Source of the DNA: Polyangiales bacterium
GTDB taxonomy: Bacteria > Myxococcota_A > Polyangia > Polyangiales > Ga0077539
DNA: 64,000 nt
Direction of reading: 5' to 3'
Assembly (NCBI GenBank): GCA_044229975.1
Contig: JBGARZ010000007.1
Location: 288,001 to 352,000, forward strand
Shown: one piece after another, positions 32,683 through 42,283 of the stretch
How positions within the stretch are numbered: the first letter of the stretch is position 1
How the letters are laid out: the number at the start of each line of letters is the position of its first letter
Program-made: the position numbers and the translations under genes
The notes under the pieces: generated by a model
Told to the model about the DNA's origin: nothing
Seen by the model: only the letters and a program-made list of their open reading frames with translations
Databases searched by the model: none

Positions 32683-34203
32683 CTACAGAGCCAGCAGGCG
32701 CGCGATTCGTCCGGGCTGCGCCCAGTTGCAGGTGCCTTCCATCCGGTGGGCCCGGAGGAGTGGTTCGATCACATCCGGTGCGAGCGCGCGGAGCGCACGA
32801 TCGCCCTCCGCGCGGCTTCGCACCGGGACATAGGCGTGGAGGGCCTGGTTGCCCTGCCACGGCGCGCCGTCGACCGACCCGAGCAGCACCGGTCGAAACG
32901 TCGATCGGCCATACGCCTCCCAGGCCACGCGGTACGGCGAGAACGAATACGCTCCGACGCCGAGCAGCGCCCACCACGCGCCCCGCTTCAAGTGGGACGA
33001 CAGCATGGTTCCCCGACGCGCACGGAGTCGCTCACCATGCGCGTCGAGGTAGCGGGCGAGGTCGGGCTCGGCGTCGATTGCGTCTCGATCGAGAGGGTGT
33101 CCCGTGACGCAATCGTGGGGGACGAGAACCCACCGGCGCGGCGTGGTGTCGCCGTCGCGCAGGGTCGACGCCGTCATCAGTGGGAGCACATAGCGGCGGG
33201 GCAACCTCACCCCGTTGAGTGCTGCATTGCCCACGACCACGCTCTCGCCCTTGCGCTCCAGTCGGTCGAAGACGAACAGCTCCGTGGCTCCGCCAGTGTT
33301 CACGCCCTGTCGCGGGCGCCAGAGGTCACGTTCGCCGCGGGTGGCGCCAGGGTCGCGCACCTTGATTGCAGCCGGTGGTTCTTCGTGGATGCCGAGCGGC
33401 CCGACGCCGCCGTCGGTCGGAGCAGCATGGCGTCGCACCCATCGCTCGCCCTCGCGCACATGCCAGGGCACCGGCCAGCGTGTCTCCGCGTCGCGCTCGA
33501 AGGTCACCAGTCCGTAGCGGGTCGCGACGTCCGGGAAGAGCGGAGCGTCGCGGTGGTCCCAGACCTCGCGCAGCGCGTACCGAACGCCCTCGACCTCGTG
33601 GCGACGAAAGCCTTCGTGGGCGCCGTCGTTGAGGTAGAGCGAGAGTGGCGCCAGAAACACCGCCCGACCGCCCTCGCGCAGGTGATGGCGCATCGAGCGT
33701 GCGATGACGAGCGCGGCGAGGTCGATGCGCGAGCCGCCGAGCAGGAGCCTGCGTGGGTCACCGATGAGCCCGCACGAGTGAAACAGGGGACGGAGGCGCG
33801 CCCGCTCCGACTCTGGGAGGTCGACGTAGTTCACCCACGGAGGGTTGCCGACGAGCAGGTCGACGACGGGGCCGTCGCGCAGGTCGAAGAGGTCGCGAGC
33901 AATCAGGTTGCGCGCTGGGAGCTTCACCCCGAAGCGGTCGCGCAGTCGGGTGGCTAGCGAGGCGAGCTGGGCGGCGTCGCGCTCCACCGCGAAGAGGCGG
34001 TTGAGAGGTAGTCGGTTGTGGGCCAGACCGCGTTCGACGGCGAGGGACACCAGCGCCTCCAGGAAGCTGCCGTCGCCCGCGGTCGGGTCGAGCACCGAAG
34101 CCCCGGCGAGCCAGGCCGACAGGATGCCGTGCGTCTCGACGATGTCGCGTGCGACCGCGAGGGGCGTGAAGACCTGACCGATGTGCGTAGTGCGCGGGCT
34201 CAC
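32683..34203 (-). CDS. amino (N6-adenine-type) DNA methyltransferase, gamma-type motif order
   Basis: GQVFTP, VLDPTAGDGSFL (motif I) preceding VGNPPW (motif IV); C-terminal RQGVNTG region similar to TaqI-type TRDs. Confidence 0.85.
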   Translation of the reverse strand: MSPRTTHIGQVFTPLAVARDIVETHGILSAWLAGASVLDPTAGDGSFLEALVSLAVERGLAHNRLPLNRLFAVERDAAQLASLATRLRDRFGVKLPARNLIARDLFDLRDGPVVDLLVGNPPWVNYVDLPESERARLRPLFHSCGLIGDPRRLLLGGSRIDLAALVIARSMRHHLREGGRAVFLAPLSLYLNDGAHEGFRRHEVEGVRYALREVWDHRDAPLFPDVATRYGLVTFERDAETRWPVPWHVREGERWVRRHAAPTDGGVGPLGIHEEPPAAIKVRDPGATRGERDLWRPRQGVNTGGATELFVFDRLERKGESVVVGNAALNGVRLPRRYVLPLMTASTLRDGDTTPRRWVLVPHDCVTGHPLDRDAIDAEPDLARYLDAHGERLRARRGTMLSSHLKRGAWWALLGVGAYSFSPYRVAWEAYGRSTFRPVLLGSVDGAPWQGNQALHAYVPVRSRAEGDRALRALAPDVIEPLLRAHRMEGTCNWAQPGRIARLLAL

Positions 34204-34892
34204 GGGTCACTCCGCGAGCTCGTAAAGTCACGGTAAGCCCTCGCGGCGAAGGCAGCGAGGTGGTCGCGTCGTCGCGTCGCTACAGCCGCGACGGTCTCAT
34301 AGTGCGACTGCGCCTTGGCCACGAACTCCTTCAGGAACGCGCCGAGCGATCGGTCCCACTCGATCTCCGCCACGACCTCTGCGATGCGACGATCAAGGCG
34401 CACCTGACCGGTCCCGAGGTTCTCAATACGCAGGTCAGCGGTTGGCAGGCAGTGGAGGGGCGCGGCGATGATCGAAGAGACCTTGCGGACATCCGTACGA
34501 CCCGAGATCGCCTCGTGGGTCAGTTCGAGCACGATCAGGGTGCCGGTCTTGGTCGCATCCTTCCCAGCGAGGAATCGCAACAGATTTTCGACCGAGCACA
34601 CTCCTCCGTCCGAGTACTTCGCCTCGTCGGCATCGGCCGTCTTGACGTCGACGCCGTAGAAGGTCGATCCCACTCGACACGCCAGATCGTAGAGCGTGCG
34701 CCTCCCCGGTCGCGCCACGGCGACCCAGTTCTCGGCCGCGCAGATCGCCTCCCAGCGATCGACGATGAGCTTCTCGGCCTGACCGCCGAACGCTCGCGAG
34801 TCTTCACGCGCCGGGAGTTGGCCATCGTGCGGAAGGCACCCGCGCGCGACGAGTTGCAGGCGGTCGCAGAACTGCTTGGAGGAGTTGCTCAT
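34200..34892 (-). CDS. putative type II restriction endonuclease (PD-(D/E)xK)
   Basis: R.FG...E helix followed by LYDLAC...GVDVKT catalytic-like motif; stop overlaps the MTase start (GTGA); weaker host codon bias. Confidence 0.65.
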   Translation of the reverse strand: MSNSSKQFCDRLQLVARGCLPHDGQLPAREDSRAFGGQAEKLIVDRWEAICAAENWVAVARPGRRTLYDLACRVGSTFYGVDVKTADADEAKYSDGGVCSVENLLRFLAGKDATKTGTLIVLELTHEAISGRTDVRKVSSIIAAPLHCLPTADLRIENLGTGQVRLDRRIAEVVAEIEWDRSLGAFLKEFVAKAQSHYETVAAVATRRRDHLAAFAARAYRDFTSSRSDP

Positions 34893-34938
34893 GGAAGGCG
34901 AGCGTCGATGCTACCCCGTCGAGGCCAGAGCGGGGCCT

Positions 34939-36936
34939 CTACGACCAGCGTCGACCGAACCATCCCAACCACGGCCACGTGCACCAGCTCGCCACCGCGC
35001 CGCCGAAAAGATCGCCGTCCGCAGCGCCGACGGAGACCCACGACGCGGTCGCCGCGATGCCCGACGCGCTCCCCATGAACAAGTGGGCGGAGCCGTCGAA
35101 GTTGCGACTGGCGGAGTGGGTGTTGGGCGTTCCGACGATGAGGTCGTCGTAGCCGTCGCGGTTTACGTCGCCCGCACCGGCCAACGACAGGTTGTTCCAG
35201 TTGGCGCCCGTGAGGACCCGCGCGGCGGTCGTGGTGACACCCATCGAGCCGCCGTGAAACACCTGCACGCTGCCGCTCTGCGCTCCCACGGCGAGGTCGC
35301 CGTAGCCGTCGCCGTTGACGTCGCCCGTCGTCGCGACGGCGCTGCCGAGGAGGTCGCTCGCTGCGCCGCCGAGGACGCGCACCGCGCTCGCCGACAGGCC
35401 CGACGATCCGCCGTGGAAGACGCTCGCGGTGCCCGCCGCGACGAGCCCGCCCGGGCTGGCGCGCGGTGCCCCGACCACGACGTCGCTGTAACCGTCGCCG
35501 TTGAGGTCGCCCGCGCTCGCCACGCTGCTGCCGAGGAGGTCCTCCGCATCGACGCCCTCGATCACCCTCGGCACCTCTCCGACGCCTTCGCTGCTGCCCA
35601 GGAACACGCTCGCCGTCCCCGCGTGGGTGCGTGCGCCGACGGTCGCGTACGCCGCGCCGATGATGACGTCGTCGTAGCCGTCGCCGTTGATGTCGCCCGC
35701 GCCCGCCACCCTCTGGCCGAAGAGGTCGCCCGCCCCGCCGCCGTTGAACACCCGCGCCGCGAGCGGCACGACCCCGTCGGCGCTCCCGAGAAATACGCTC
35801 GCCGAGCCCGCCTCCATGCGCCCGTCCGGGTCTGCGTAGGGTTCTCCGACGACGACGTCGGCGTATCCGTCGCCGTTGACGTCGCCGACGCCCGCCACCG
35901 ACTGCCCGAACTCGTTGCCTCGCGCGGAGCCTCCCAACACACGCGCCGCCGTCGTCGCGACGCCCGACGCGCTCCCGTGGAAGACGTACGCCTCACCCGC
36001 CAGGCCGAGCCCTCGCGGGCTGCCGCCGATCGCGCCGACGATGAGGTCGGCGTAGCCGTCGCCGTTGACGTCACCCGCGTTGGCCACCGAGAAGCCGAAC
36101 GCGAATCCACCCGTCAGGCCGGGGCTCTCCAGCACGCGGTCGGCGCTCGCCGCGAGGCCCGACGGGTTGCCGTGGAAGATGCTCACGGCGCCCATCTGCG
36201 CGAGCGATCGGACGGAGACGTTCTTCGCCGCGACGACGAGGTCGTCGACGCCGTCGCCGTTGACGTCGCAGTGGGGCGCGGCGCTGGTGTCGACGCTCGT
36301 GCTCGCGCTGGTGGCAGGCACGTGAAACAGCCAGGTCGGGCTGTACGCGGCGTCGGTCGTCGCGCCCCTTCGCCCGCGCAACCGCCAGAACACCACGCTG
36401 CGCGCCGGCAGGTCGGTCAACGGCCGAGCGCTGCTCCCCGTCACCGAGCGCGTCTCGATCACCATGGTGCACGCACGATCGCGGCACAGCTCCAGCACGG
36501 CGCCGTCGTAGCCCGGGGGGAGCTGCCACCGCAGGGTAGGACGGCGTTGCGTCACGTTCCCGAGCGAGATGGGCGCGATCGGTCGGGGAGCCGTGAGCGC
36601 AGGAACGTCGGCCGCTGGGACGTCGACGGGCACATCCGCGCGAACATCGGCGAAAGGGACGTCGATCGTGGGGACGTCGATCGTGGGGACGTCGATCGTG
36701 GGGACGTCGACCTGTGCGTCCGCAGGAGCGTCGATCGCTGGGACATCGGTCGGCGCGTCAGCGGGAGCATCGATCGCCGCGACGTCGGTCGAAGCGTCGA
36801 TCGCGGGGACGTCGACTGTGACCTCACTGGTGTTCACATCGACTCCTGCGTCGTAGGCCCAGGTGTCCCGAACGCACGCCGGGGCGCACGCCAGGACCAC
36901 CAGCACACCGAGCCAACCACCCGCGACAGGAGACAT
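34939..36936 (-). CDS. FG-GAP / integrin-alpha repeat lipoprotein
   Basis: Multiple GDVNGDGY.D(L/V)(I/V)VG repeats with FG.SVA; DVP linker; N-terminal signal with Cys. Confidence 0.9.
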   Translation of the reverse strand: MSPVAGGWLGVLVVLACAPACVRDTWAYDAGVDVNTSEVTVDVPAIDASTDVAAIDAPADAPTDVPAIDAPADAQVDVPTIDVPTIDVPTIDVPFADVRADVPVDVPAADVPALTAPRPIAPISLGNVTQRRPTLRWQLPPGYDGAVLELCRDRACTMVIETRSVTGSSARPLTDLPARSVVFWRLRGRRGATTDAAYSPTWLFHVPATSASTSVDTSAAPHCDVNGDGVDDLVVAAKNVSVRSLAQMGAVSIFHGNPSGLAASADRVLESPGLTGGFAFGFSVANAGDVNGDGYADLIVGAIGGSPRGLGLAGEAYVFHGSASGVATTAARVLGGSARGNEFGQSVAGVGDVNGDGYADVVVGEPYADPDGRMEAGSASVFLGSADGVVPLAARVFNGGGAGDLFGQRVAGAGDINGDGYDDVIIGAAYATVGARTHAGTASVFLGSSEGVGEVPRVIEGVDAEDLLGSSVASAGDLNGDGYSDVVVGAPRASPGGLVAAGTASVFHGGSSGLSASAVRVLGGAASDLLGSAVATTGDVNGDGYGDLAVGAQSGSVQVFHGGSMGVTTTAARVLTGANWNNLSLAGAGDVNRDGYDDLIVGTPNTHSASRNFDGSAHLFMGSASGIAATASWVSVGAADGDLFGGAVASWCTWPWLGWFGRRWS
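36656..36710. repeat. perfect 15-bp tandem repeat (3.7 copies) encoding DVPTI
   Basis: GGGACGTCGATCGTG at 36656, 36671 and 36686, plus a partial copy at 36701. Confidence 0.9.
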
Positions 36937-37080
36937 GCGCGACTCTCGCCCTACGGCATCCTTCGGTGTCAATGGCCGAGCGATGGCGCCCCCTGGACGG
37001 CGTCCTTGACGCTCGGAGCGCGCGTGCGGTAACCGTGAAACGCGGGATCGGACACGTCACAAACCCCCCACTGCCTACCG

Positions 37081-37635
37081 GTGAGCGCGATGAGCCGAGA
37101 CGACGGTGACGAGGTTCTGGAGGCGCTGGAGGTTCGCGGGACGCTGACCACCGAGACGGGCATCTCGGCGTCCATCACGCGGAGCCACGAGGCCGAGGTG
37201 CTGCGGGTCGTCGACGCCGACGGTCGCCTGCTCTTCGAACACCACACCGGCACCCGCGTCACGGTCATCGTGGCGCCCGAAGGCGACCTCGAACTACGGG
37301 CGCCGCACGGCAAGGTGAAGATCGTCGCGTCGGGCGGGGTCGAGGTCGACACACCCACGCTCGACGCGCGGGTCGGCGAGGCGCGCGTCGAGGGCCGCAC
37401 GCTGAGCACCACCTTCGACCGGGTGCGCTCGGTGGTGGGCGTGCTGGAGACGCGCGCGGGGCGGGTGCTGGAGCGGGCGAAGAGCGTCTACCGCGAGGTG
37501 GAGGGGCTCTCGCAGACGCGCGCCGGTCGGCTACGGCTGGTGGCCGAGACCACGGCGAGTCTGTTGGGGCAGCGCACCGTGGTGAAGGCGAAGGAAGACG
37601 TGAAGGTCAAGGGCGACAAGGTCTACCTGGCCTGA
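37081..37635 (+). CDS. DUF3540-like spike-locus accessory protein
   Basis: C-terminus RVLERAKSVYREVEGLSQTRAGRL...KAKEDVKVKGDKVYLA resembles DUF3540; directly upstream of a DUF4150 gene. Confidence 0.7.
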   Translation: MSAMSRDDGDEVLEALEVRGTLTTETGISASITRSHEAEVLRVVDADGRLLFEHHTGTRVTVIVAPEGDLELRAPHGKVKIVASGGVEVDTPTLDARVGEARVEGRTLSTTFDRVRSVVGVLETRAGRVLERAKSVYREVEGLSQTRAGRLRLVAETTASLLGQRTVVKAKEDVKVKGDKVYLA

Positions 37636-37657
37636 CGGGCGGAAGAGGAGAGAGCGG

Positions 37658-38065
37658 ATGTTTCCAGCGTCGTCCAAGGGTGGTGGTCAGTGCATGGCGT
37701 TTCCGGACGTGTGCAAGGTGCCCGCGCCGCCCGCGCCCTTCGTGCCGGTTCCGTTTCCCAACATCTCGATGGTGATGCAGGCGTCGGGCACGGCCAGCAA
37801 GGTGAAGATCTGCGGCAAGGACGCGGTCACCAAGTCCAGTGACGTCCCGCGGTCGCAGGGTGACGAGGCGGGCACGCTCTTCGGCATGATGAGCCAGGTC
37901 AACATGAACAAGACGACCTACAAAGTGGGCGCGTCCAACGTGAAGTTCCAGGGCGCCGACGCCGTCACGGTGCTCAAGCCCACGGGGCAGAACGGCATGA
38001 GCGCCAACGCCCCCGCCGGCGCGCAGATCGCCCCCAGCCAGACCACCGTCATCATCGTCGGCTGA
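37658..38065 (+). CDS. stand-alone PAAR-like DUF4150 spike-tip protein
   Basis: CMAFPDVCKVP..P..PVPFPNIS, SQGDEAG and QIAPSQTTV motifs; GAGGAG SD. Confidence 0.85.
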   Translation: MFPASSKGGGQCMAFPDVCKVPAPPAPFVPVPFPNISMVMQASGTASKVKICGKDAVTKSSDVPRSQGDEAGTLFGMMSQVNMNKTTYKVGASNVKFQGADAVTVLKPTGQNGMSANAPAGAQIAPSQTTVIIVG

Positions 38066-38105
38066 GCGCCTTCGCGCTCCCTAATCCCACCAGAGCTCAA
38101 TCAAG

Positions 38106-40415
38106 TTGCGGATCATCAAAGAGACTCCCTTCGAGTTCGGCTTCCTCCCGTGGCAGGTCAGGCCCCCGGAGGGGGCGCTGATGGTGTTCGTGAAGGGCAC
38201 CTTCGATCTCGTTCATGACGGCGTCTGCACCGTCGCCGCCGAGCAGTCGCTCATCACTGGTCCGCTCCACTGGGATGACGACCCCAACCAGTCGCTGCGC
38301 CTCGACGGCGACTTCGCCGTGCTCAAGCCGCGCGGCGAGTGCCACTTCGTCGGTCACGCCTACGCCCCCGGCGGAGAGCCCGTCGGCAGCGTGCTCGTCG
38401 GCTTTCGCGTGGGCCAGGTGTCGCGCAACCTCGCCGTCTTCGGCGACCGCACCTTCGACGGCTATGGCGCCGTCACCGCTCCCGTCCCCTTCGAGCGCAT
38501 GCCCATCCGCTGGGAACTGGCGTTTGGCGGTCCGAGCTACGCGCGCAACCCGCTGGGTCGCGGCATCGCGGCCGTCGACACCGAGCAGGGCCGCCGGGTG
38601 GCGCTGCCCAACCTCGAAGACACCTCGGAGCCCATCACCAGCACGAGCGATCGGCCGCGGCCCGCGTGCTTCGGCCCCGTCCCACCGAGCTGGGTCGAGC
38701 GCACCCGCAAGGCGGGGACCTACGACCAGCGCTGGCTGAAGACCCGCTGGCCCTGGCTGCCCGACGACTTCGACTTCTCGTATTACCTGAGCGCTCCGTC
38801 GGCGCAGCACATCGAAGGGTACTGGCGCGGCGACGAGGCCGTCGGGTTGCAGCACCTCGCGGCGTCGCAGACGGTGATCCGATCGAAGCTGCCGGGCCTG
38901 CGCGGGCGCTGCTTCGCGGAGGTGCGGCGGGGCGGGGCGGTGGAGTTCGTGGAGGTTCCGCTGCGGCTCGACACCGTGACGCTCGATGGCGACAAGGAGC
39001 AGGTGCAGTGCGTCTGGCGCGGCCTGCTCGAAGGCATCTCGGAGAAGCACACCGAGGTCGAGACCTTCTTCTTCATCCATGAGTCCATCGATGTCGGGTA
39101 TCCGCTCGACCATTATCGACAATGGATGGAGCGCAAGCGCGCCGAGGCCGTCGCGCTCGACGACGACCTCGAAGCCGAAGCGCCGCCCGCGGAAGAACCC
39201 CTCGCGCTGCCACCGTCACCGCCGACGCCCACCGCGGCGCTGCTGCTCGCGGGTCTCGCGCTGTCCATGGAGGAGAACGGTCCGACGCCAGGGGTCGATG
39301 CGGCCGCCCACGCGGCGCAGGTCGCGCAGGTGAAGGCGCTCGCCGCGGCGCCGCCCGAACCGCCGATGCCGAAGCCTTCCGAGGTGCGTGCGGGCATGGA
39401 CGCGCAGGGCATCGAGGTCCCCGACGAGCTGCGTGAGCTGCCCGACGACGAGCCCGCGGAGCCCGAGACGGAAGAAGAGCCGCCGGGGCTCACGCGTGAA
39501 GACGTGCTGCGGTTTCGTGCGTACGGGCAGCCCCTCGCGGGCGCCGACCTCACCGGGGTCGACCTGTCCGAGCTCGACCTGTCGGGGCAGGACTTCACTG
39601 GCGCCGTGATGAGCCGCGCCGACCTGCGCAACTGCGTGCTGCGCGAGGCGGTGTTCACGGACGTGGTGCTCGACCACGCCGACCTCACGGGGGGTGATTT
39701 CGTGGGCGCCAACTTCGACGGCGCCGACCTCACGGGCGCCGCGGCGGTGCGCGTCAACGCGGAGGGCGCGAGCTTCGAGGGCGCGACGGCCGAGGGCTCG
39801 GCGTGGACGGGGTCGCGGTTCTTCCGGGCGAACCTGAAGGGCGCGGAGTTCGTGGGCTGCACGCTCAACGCGTGCGACTTCCGGGAGAGCACCTGCGACG
39901 AGGCGGACTTCAGCCGCTCGCGCGGAGAGCAGGCGCATTTCGAAGGGGCCTCGCTGGCGTCGGCGACGCTGGAGGCGGGGCAGTTCGCGCGGGCGGTCTT
40001 CGATGATGCGGTGCTGACCAACCTGCGCGCGGACGAGGGCGCGGACTTCACCGAGGCGTCGTTTCGGAGGGTGAAGGCGGCGGACGCGCACTTCGAGCAG
40101 GCGACGCTGCGCGGGGCGCAGATGGGCGAAGGGGACTTCGACAAGGCGGAGTTCGCGCGGGCCAACCTGGAGCGGGCGACGCTCACGGCGGCGTCGCTGA
40201 AGGGCGCGCGGTTCCACGAGGCCAACCTGACGGGCGCGGTGATGCTGAGGGCCAACGCGATGGAGGCGAGCTTCGAGGCGGCGCTGCTGGTGGAGACCGA
40301 CCTGCGCGGGGCCAACCTGACGAGCGCCCAGTTGTGGCGGGCCCGCACCGAGCGCGCGCAGATGGAGCTCGCGCTGCTGCACCGCACCGTCCTCGACCCC
40401 GCCATTCAGGGATGA
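38106..40415 (+). CDS. DUF2169 adaptor fused to pentapeptide repeats
   Basis: VKGTF, DFAVLKPRGE, LAVFGDR, AFGG...NPLGRG, GTYDQRW, LPDDFD and LDTV...VWRG, followed by A(D/N)LxxA pentapeptide repeats. Confidence 0.9.
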   Translation: MRIIKETPFEFGFLPWQVRPPEGALMVFVKGTFDLVHDGVCTVAAEQSLITGPLHWDDDPNQSLRLDGDFAVLKPRGECHFVGHAYAPGGEPVGSVLVGFRVGQVSRNLAVFGDRTFDGYGAVTAPVPFERMPIRWELAFGGPSYARNPLGRGIAAVDTEQGRRVALPNLEDTSEPITSTSDRPRPACFGPVPPSWVERTRKAGTYDQRWLKTRWPWLPDDFDFSYYLSAPSAQHIEGYWRGDEAVGLQHLAASQTVIRSKLPGLRGRCFAEVRRGGAVEFVEVPLRLDTVTLDGDKEQVQCVWRGLLEGISEKHTEVETFFFIHESIDVGYPLDHYRQWMERKRAEAVALDDDLEAEAPPAEEPLALPPSPPTPTAALLLAGLALSMEENGPTPGVDAAAHAAQVAQVKALAAAPPEPPMPKPSEVRAGMDAQGIEVPDELRELPDDEPAEPETEEEPPGLTREDVLRFRAYGQPLAGADLTGVDLSELDLSGQDFTGAVMSRADLRNCVLREAVFTDVVLDHADLTGGDFVGANFDGADLTGAAAVRVNAEGASFEGATAEGSAWTGSRFFRANLKGAEFVGCTLNACDFRESTCDEADFSRSRGEQAHFEGASLASATLEAGQFARAVFDDAVLTNLRADEGADFTEASFRRVKAADAHFEQATLRGAQMGEGDFDKAEFARANLERATLTAASLKGARFHEANLTGAVMLRANAMEASFEAALLVETDLRGANLTSAQLWRARTERAQMELALLHRTVLDPAIQG

Positions 40416-40472
40416 GGGTCTAAGGGTGCGAGCCCCCAGGCGTCTCGTACCATCTCGCCCGCGAGAGCCGCG

Positions 40473-42221
40473 ATGACCGACACCCTCGCGTCCGTCCTCG
40501 AACGCTGCCGCGCCCACCGCGCGGGCCTCACGCGCCACCTCGTGCTCGCGCCCGACAGCCTGCACCGCGTGCTGCGCTGCCTCCGTTGTCAGCAATGGAG
40601 CATCGACACCCGCGTCTACGAGGGCTTCCTCCAGGTCGCCGACGGCGGTCAGCGCCCGTGCTGGAGCCTCGATGAGCTCCGCGCCTTCGTCGAGACCCAG
40701 CACCTCGCGCTGCACACCGTCGACCGCCTCGACCCGTGCCGCTGCGGTGCGCCCGCGGTCAGCCTCTCCCTCGTCGCGGCGCGCTTCCTCCACGCGATGC
40801 CCGGCAGCGGCGCCGAGCTCATAGTAGAAGTGTCCTACGAGCGCGATGAGGTCGTCTCGGTCAGCCTCGGGCGGGCCGTCGTGGGCGGCCCCGTGCTCGG
40901 CATCGACGAGCGCTCCGAGGAGGCGATCCATGGAGCCTTCGGGGTTCCGCTGACGGTGTGGGGTGCGTGGCGGAAGGTGGTGGCCGCCGAGCAGGGCGGG
41001 CTCATCGCGCTCGAAGAGGGACTCGCGCTCGCGGCCTTCCCCGTCGGGGCGGAGGACTTTCGCGCGGAGTTCGACGCGGGCCTCGCGGAGGAGCCCGAGC
41101 TGCGCGCCTACGGGCTCTCCACGCGCGTCACCGCCGACCCCTCCTGGCAGTGGCTCCGCACCAACCCCGACCTCGTCGCGCGGCCCGACACCGTGCTCGT
41201 GATGATGCTTCGCCACGACGTTCTTGCGGCACGCCTCGCCGCGCTCGCCGCCGCGCGCGGGGTCGATGCGCGACGCGATGGCGACACCGTCTGGTTCGAA
41301 GACGCTCCCGTTCGATGGCCCGTCGAGCTGCCCACCGTCGCCGAGGAGGGGCTGCGTCGCGGCTTCACCCTCTCGACCATGGCCGCCGCGGCGACCACCC
41401 ACGCGCTCGATCGATTGGAGACCCTCAAGACCTTCCTCGGGGCCATCGAGAAGCTGCGACCCGGCGTCTCCCTCGCCGTCGACGCGATGACCCTCACCGC
41501 CTCCGTCGATGGCGGCGCCGGTCGACCGATCGACCTCCGCGTCGCTCCCTTCGGACCGATCCCCGACCCCGCCACGCTCGACCGCGACCTGCGCTTCCAC
41601 CTCGACGAGGCGCCCGCCTGGAGCGACCCGTGGCGCGTCTGTCCCTGCGGCGCCGCGCGCTCCGTCGCCCTGCACCGCTGGCGTCGCGACGACCTCCCGA
41701 CGCTCGGACCACAGTCGTCCGATCTCGTGCTCGCGGACGATGACGACGAGGGCACCGTGCGGGTCTTCGCCGTCGCCTGTGATCGCCACGTCGAGTACGC
41801 GCTCGCGCCCCTCGTAGCCGCGCATCCTCGCACCCGCGAGGCACTCACGATGCAGGCCGAGCGCGACCTCGATCGACAGCGCTACGTCCTCAAGGTCGCC
41901 CCCTACGTCGACGCCGCGGGCAGGGTCGCCGCGCTCGTCGAGGGGGAGCACCTCATCGACGCCACGACGCACCCGGCGCTCGTCGCGGGCCTCGCGATGG
42001 CTGCCCTTGGTGGCGACGGTGCGGCCGTCATCACCACGCTCTCCCGCGAGCTCGCGGTGGTGGCCGCCGATGGGGTCGACGCCGAGCTCGTCGCGCGACT
42101 GGAGGAGGTCGGTCGGGTGCTCTGGACCCTCCAGCGAGGAACCTCCCCGACGCCCCTTCGCGTGACCTTCGCGACCGCGGCGGGAGCGGCGCGGGCGGGG
42201 GTCTTCGCGCGGGCGACGTGA
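40473..42221 (+). CDS. hypothetical protein with Cys clusters
   Basis: 582-aa ORF with host-like codon bias and motifs CLRC, CRCG and CPCG; lies inside the spike operon. Confidence 0.7.
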   Translation: MTDTLASVLERCRAHRAGLTRHLVLAPDSLHRVLRCLRCQQWSIDTRVYEGFLQVADGGQRPCWSLDELRAFVETQHLALHTVDRLDPCRCGAPAVSLSLVAARFLHAMPGSGAELIVEVSYERDEVVSVSLGRAVVGGPVLGIDERSEEAIHGAFGVPLTVWGAWRKVVAAEQGGLIALEEGLALAAFPVGAEDFRAEFDAGLAEEPELRAYGLSTRVTADPSWQWLRTNPDLVARPDTVLVMMLRHDVLAARLAALAAARGVDARRDGDTVWFEDAPVRWPVELPTVAEEGLRRGFTLSTMAAAATTHALDRLETLKTFLGAIEKLRPGVSLAVDAMTLTASVDGGAGRPIDLRVAPFGPIPDPATLDRDLRFHLDEAPAWSDPWRVCPCGAARSVALHRWRRDDLPTLGPQSSDLVLADDDDEGTVRVFAVACDRHVEYALAPLVAAHPRTREALTMQAERDLDRQRYVLKVAPYVDAAGRVAALVEGEHLIDATTHPALVAGLAMAALGGDGAAVITTLSRELAVVAADGVDAELVARLEEVGRVLWTLQRGTSPTPLRVTFATAAGAARAGVFARAT

Positions 42222-42283
42222 GCGCGGCGGGAGTGTGATACATCGGTAGGACAGCGCCGCGAGAGGCGCGCGCGGAGGTGGCG

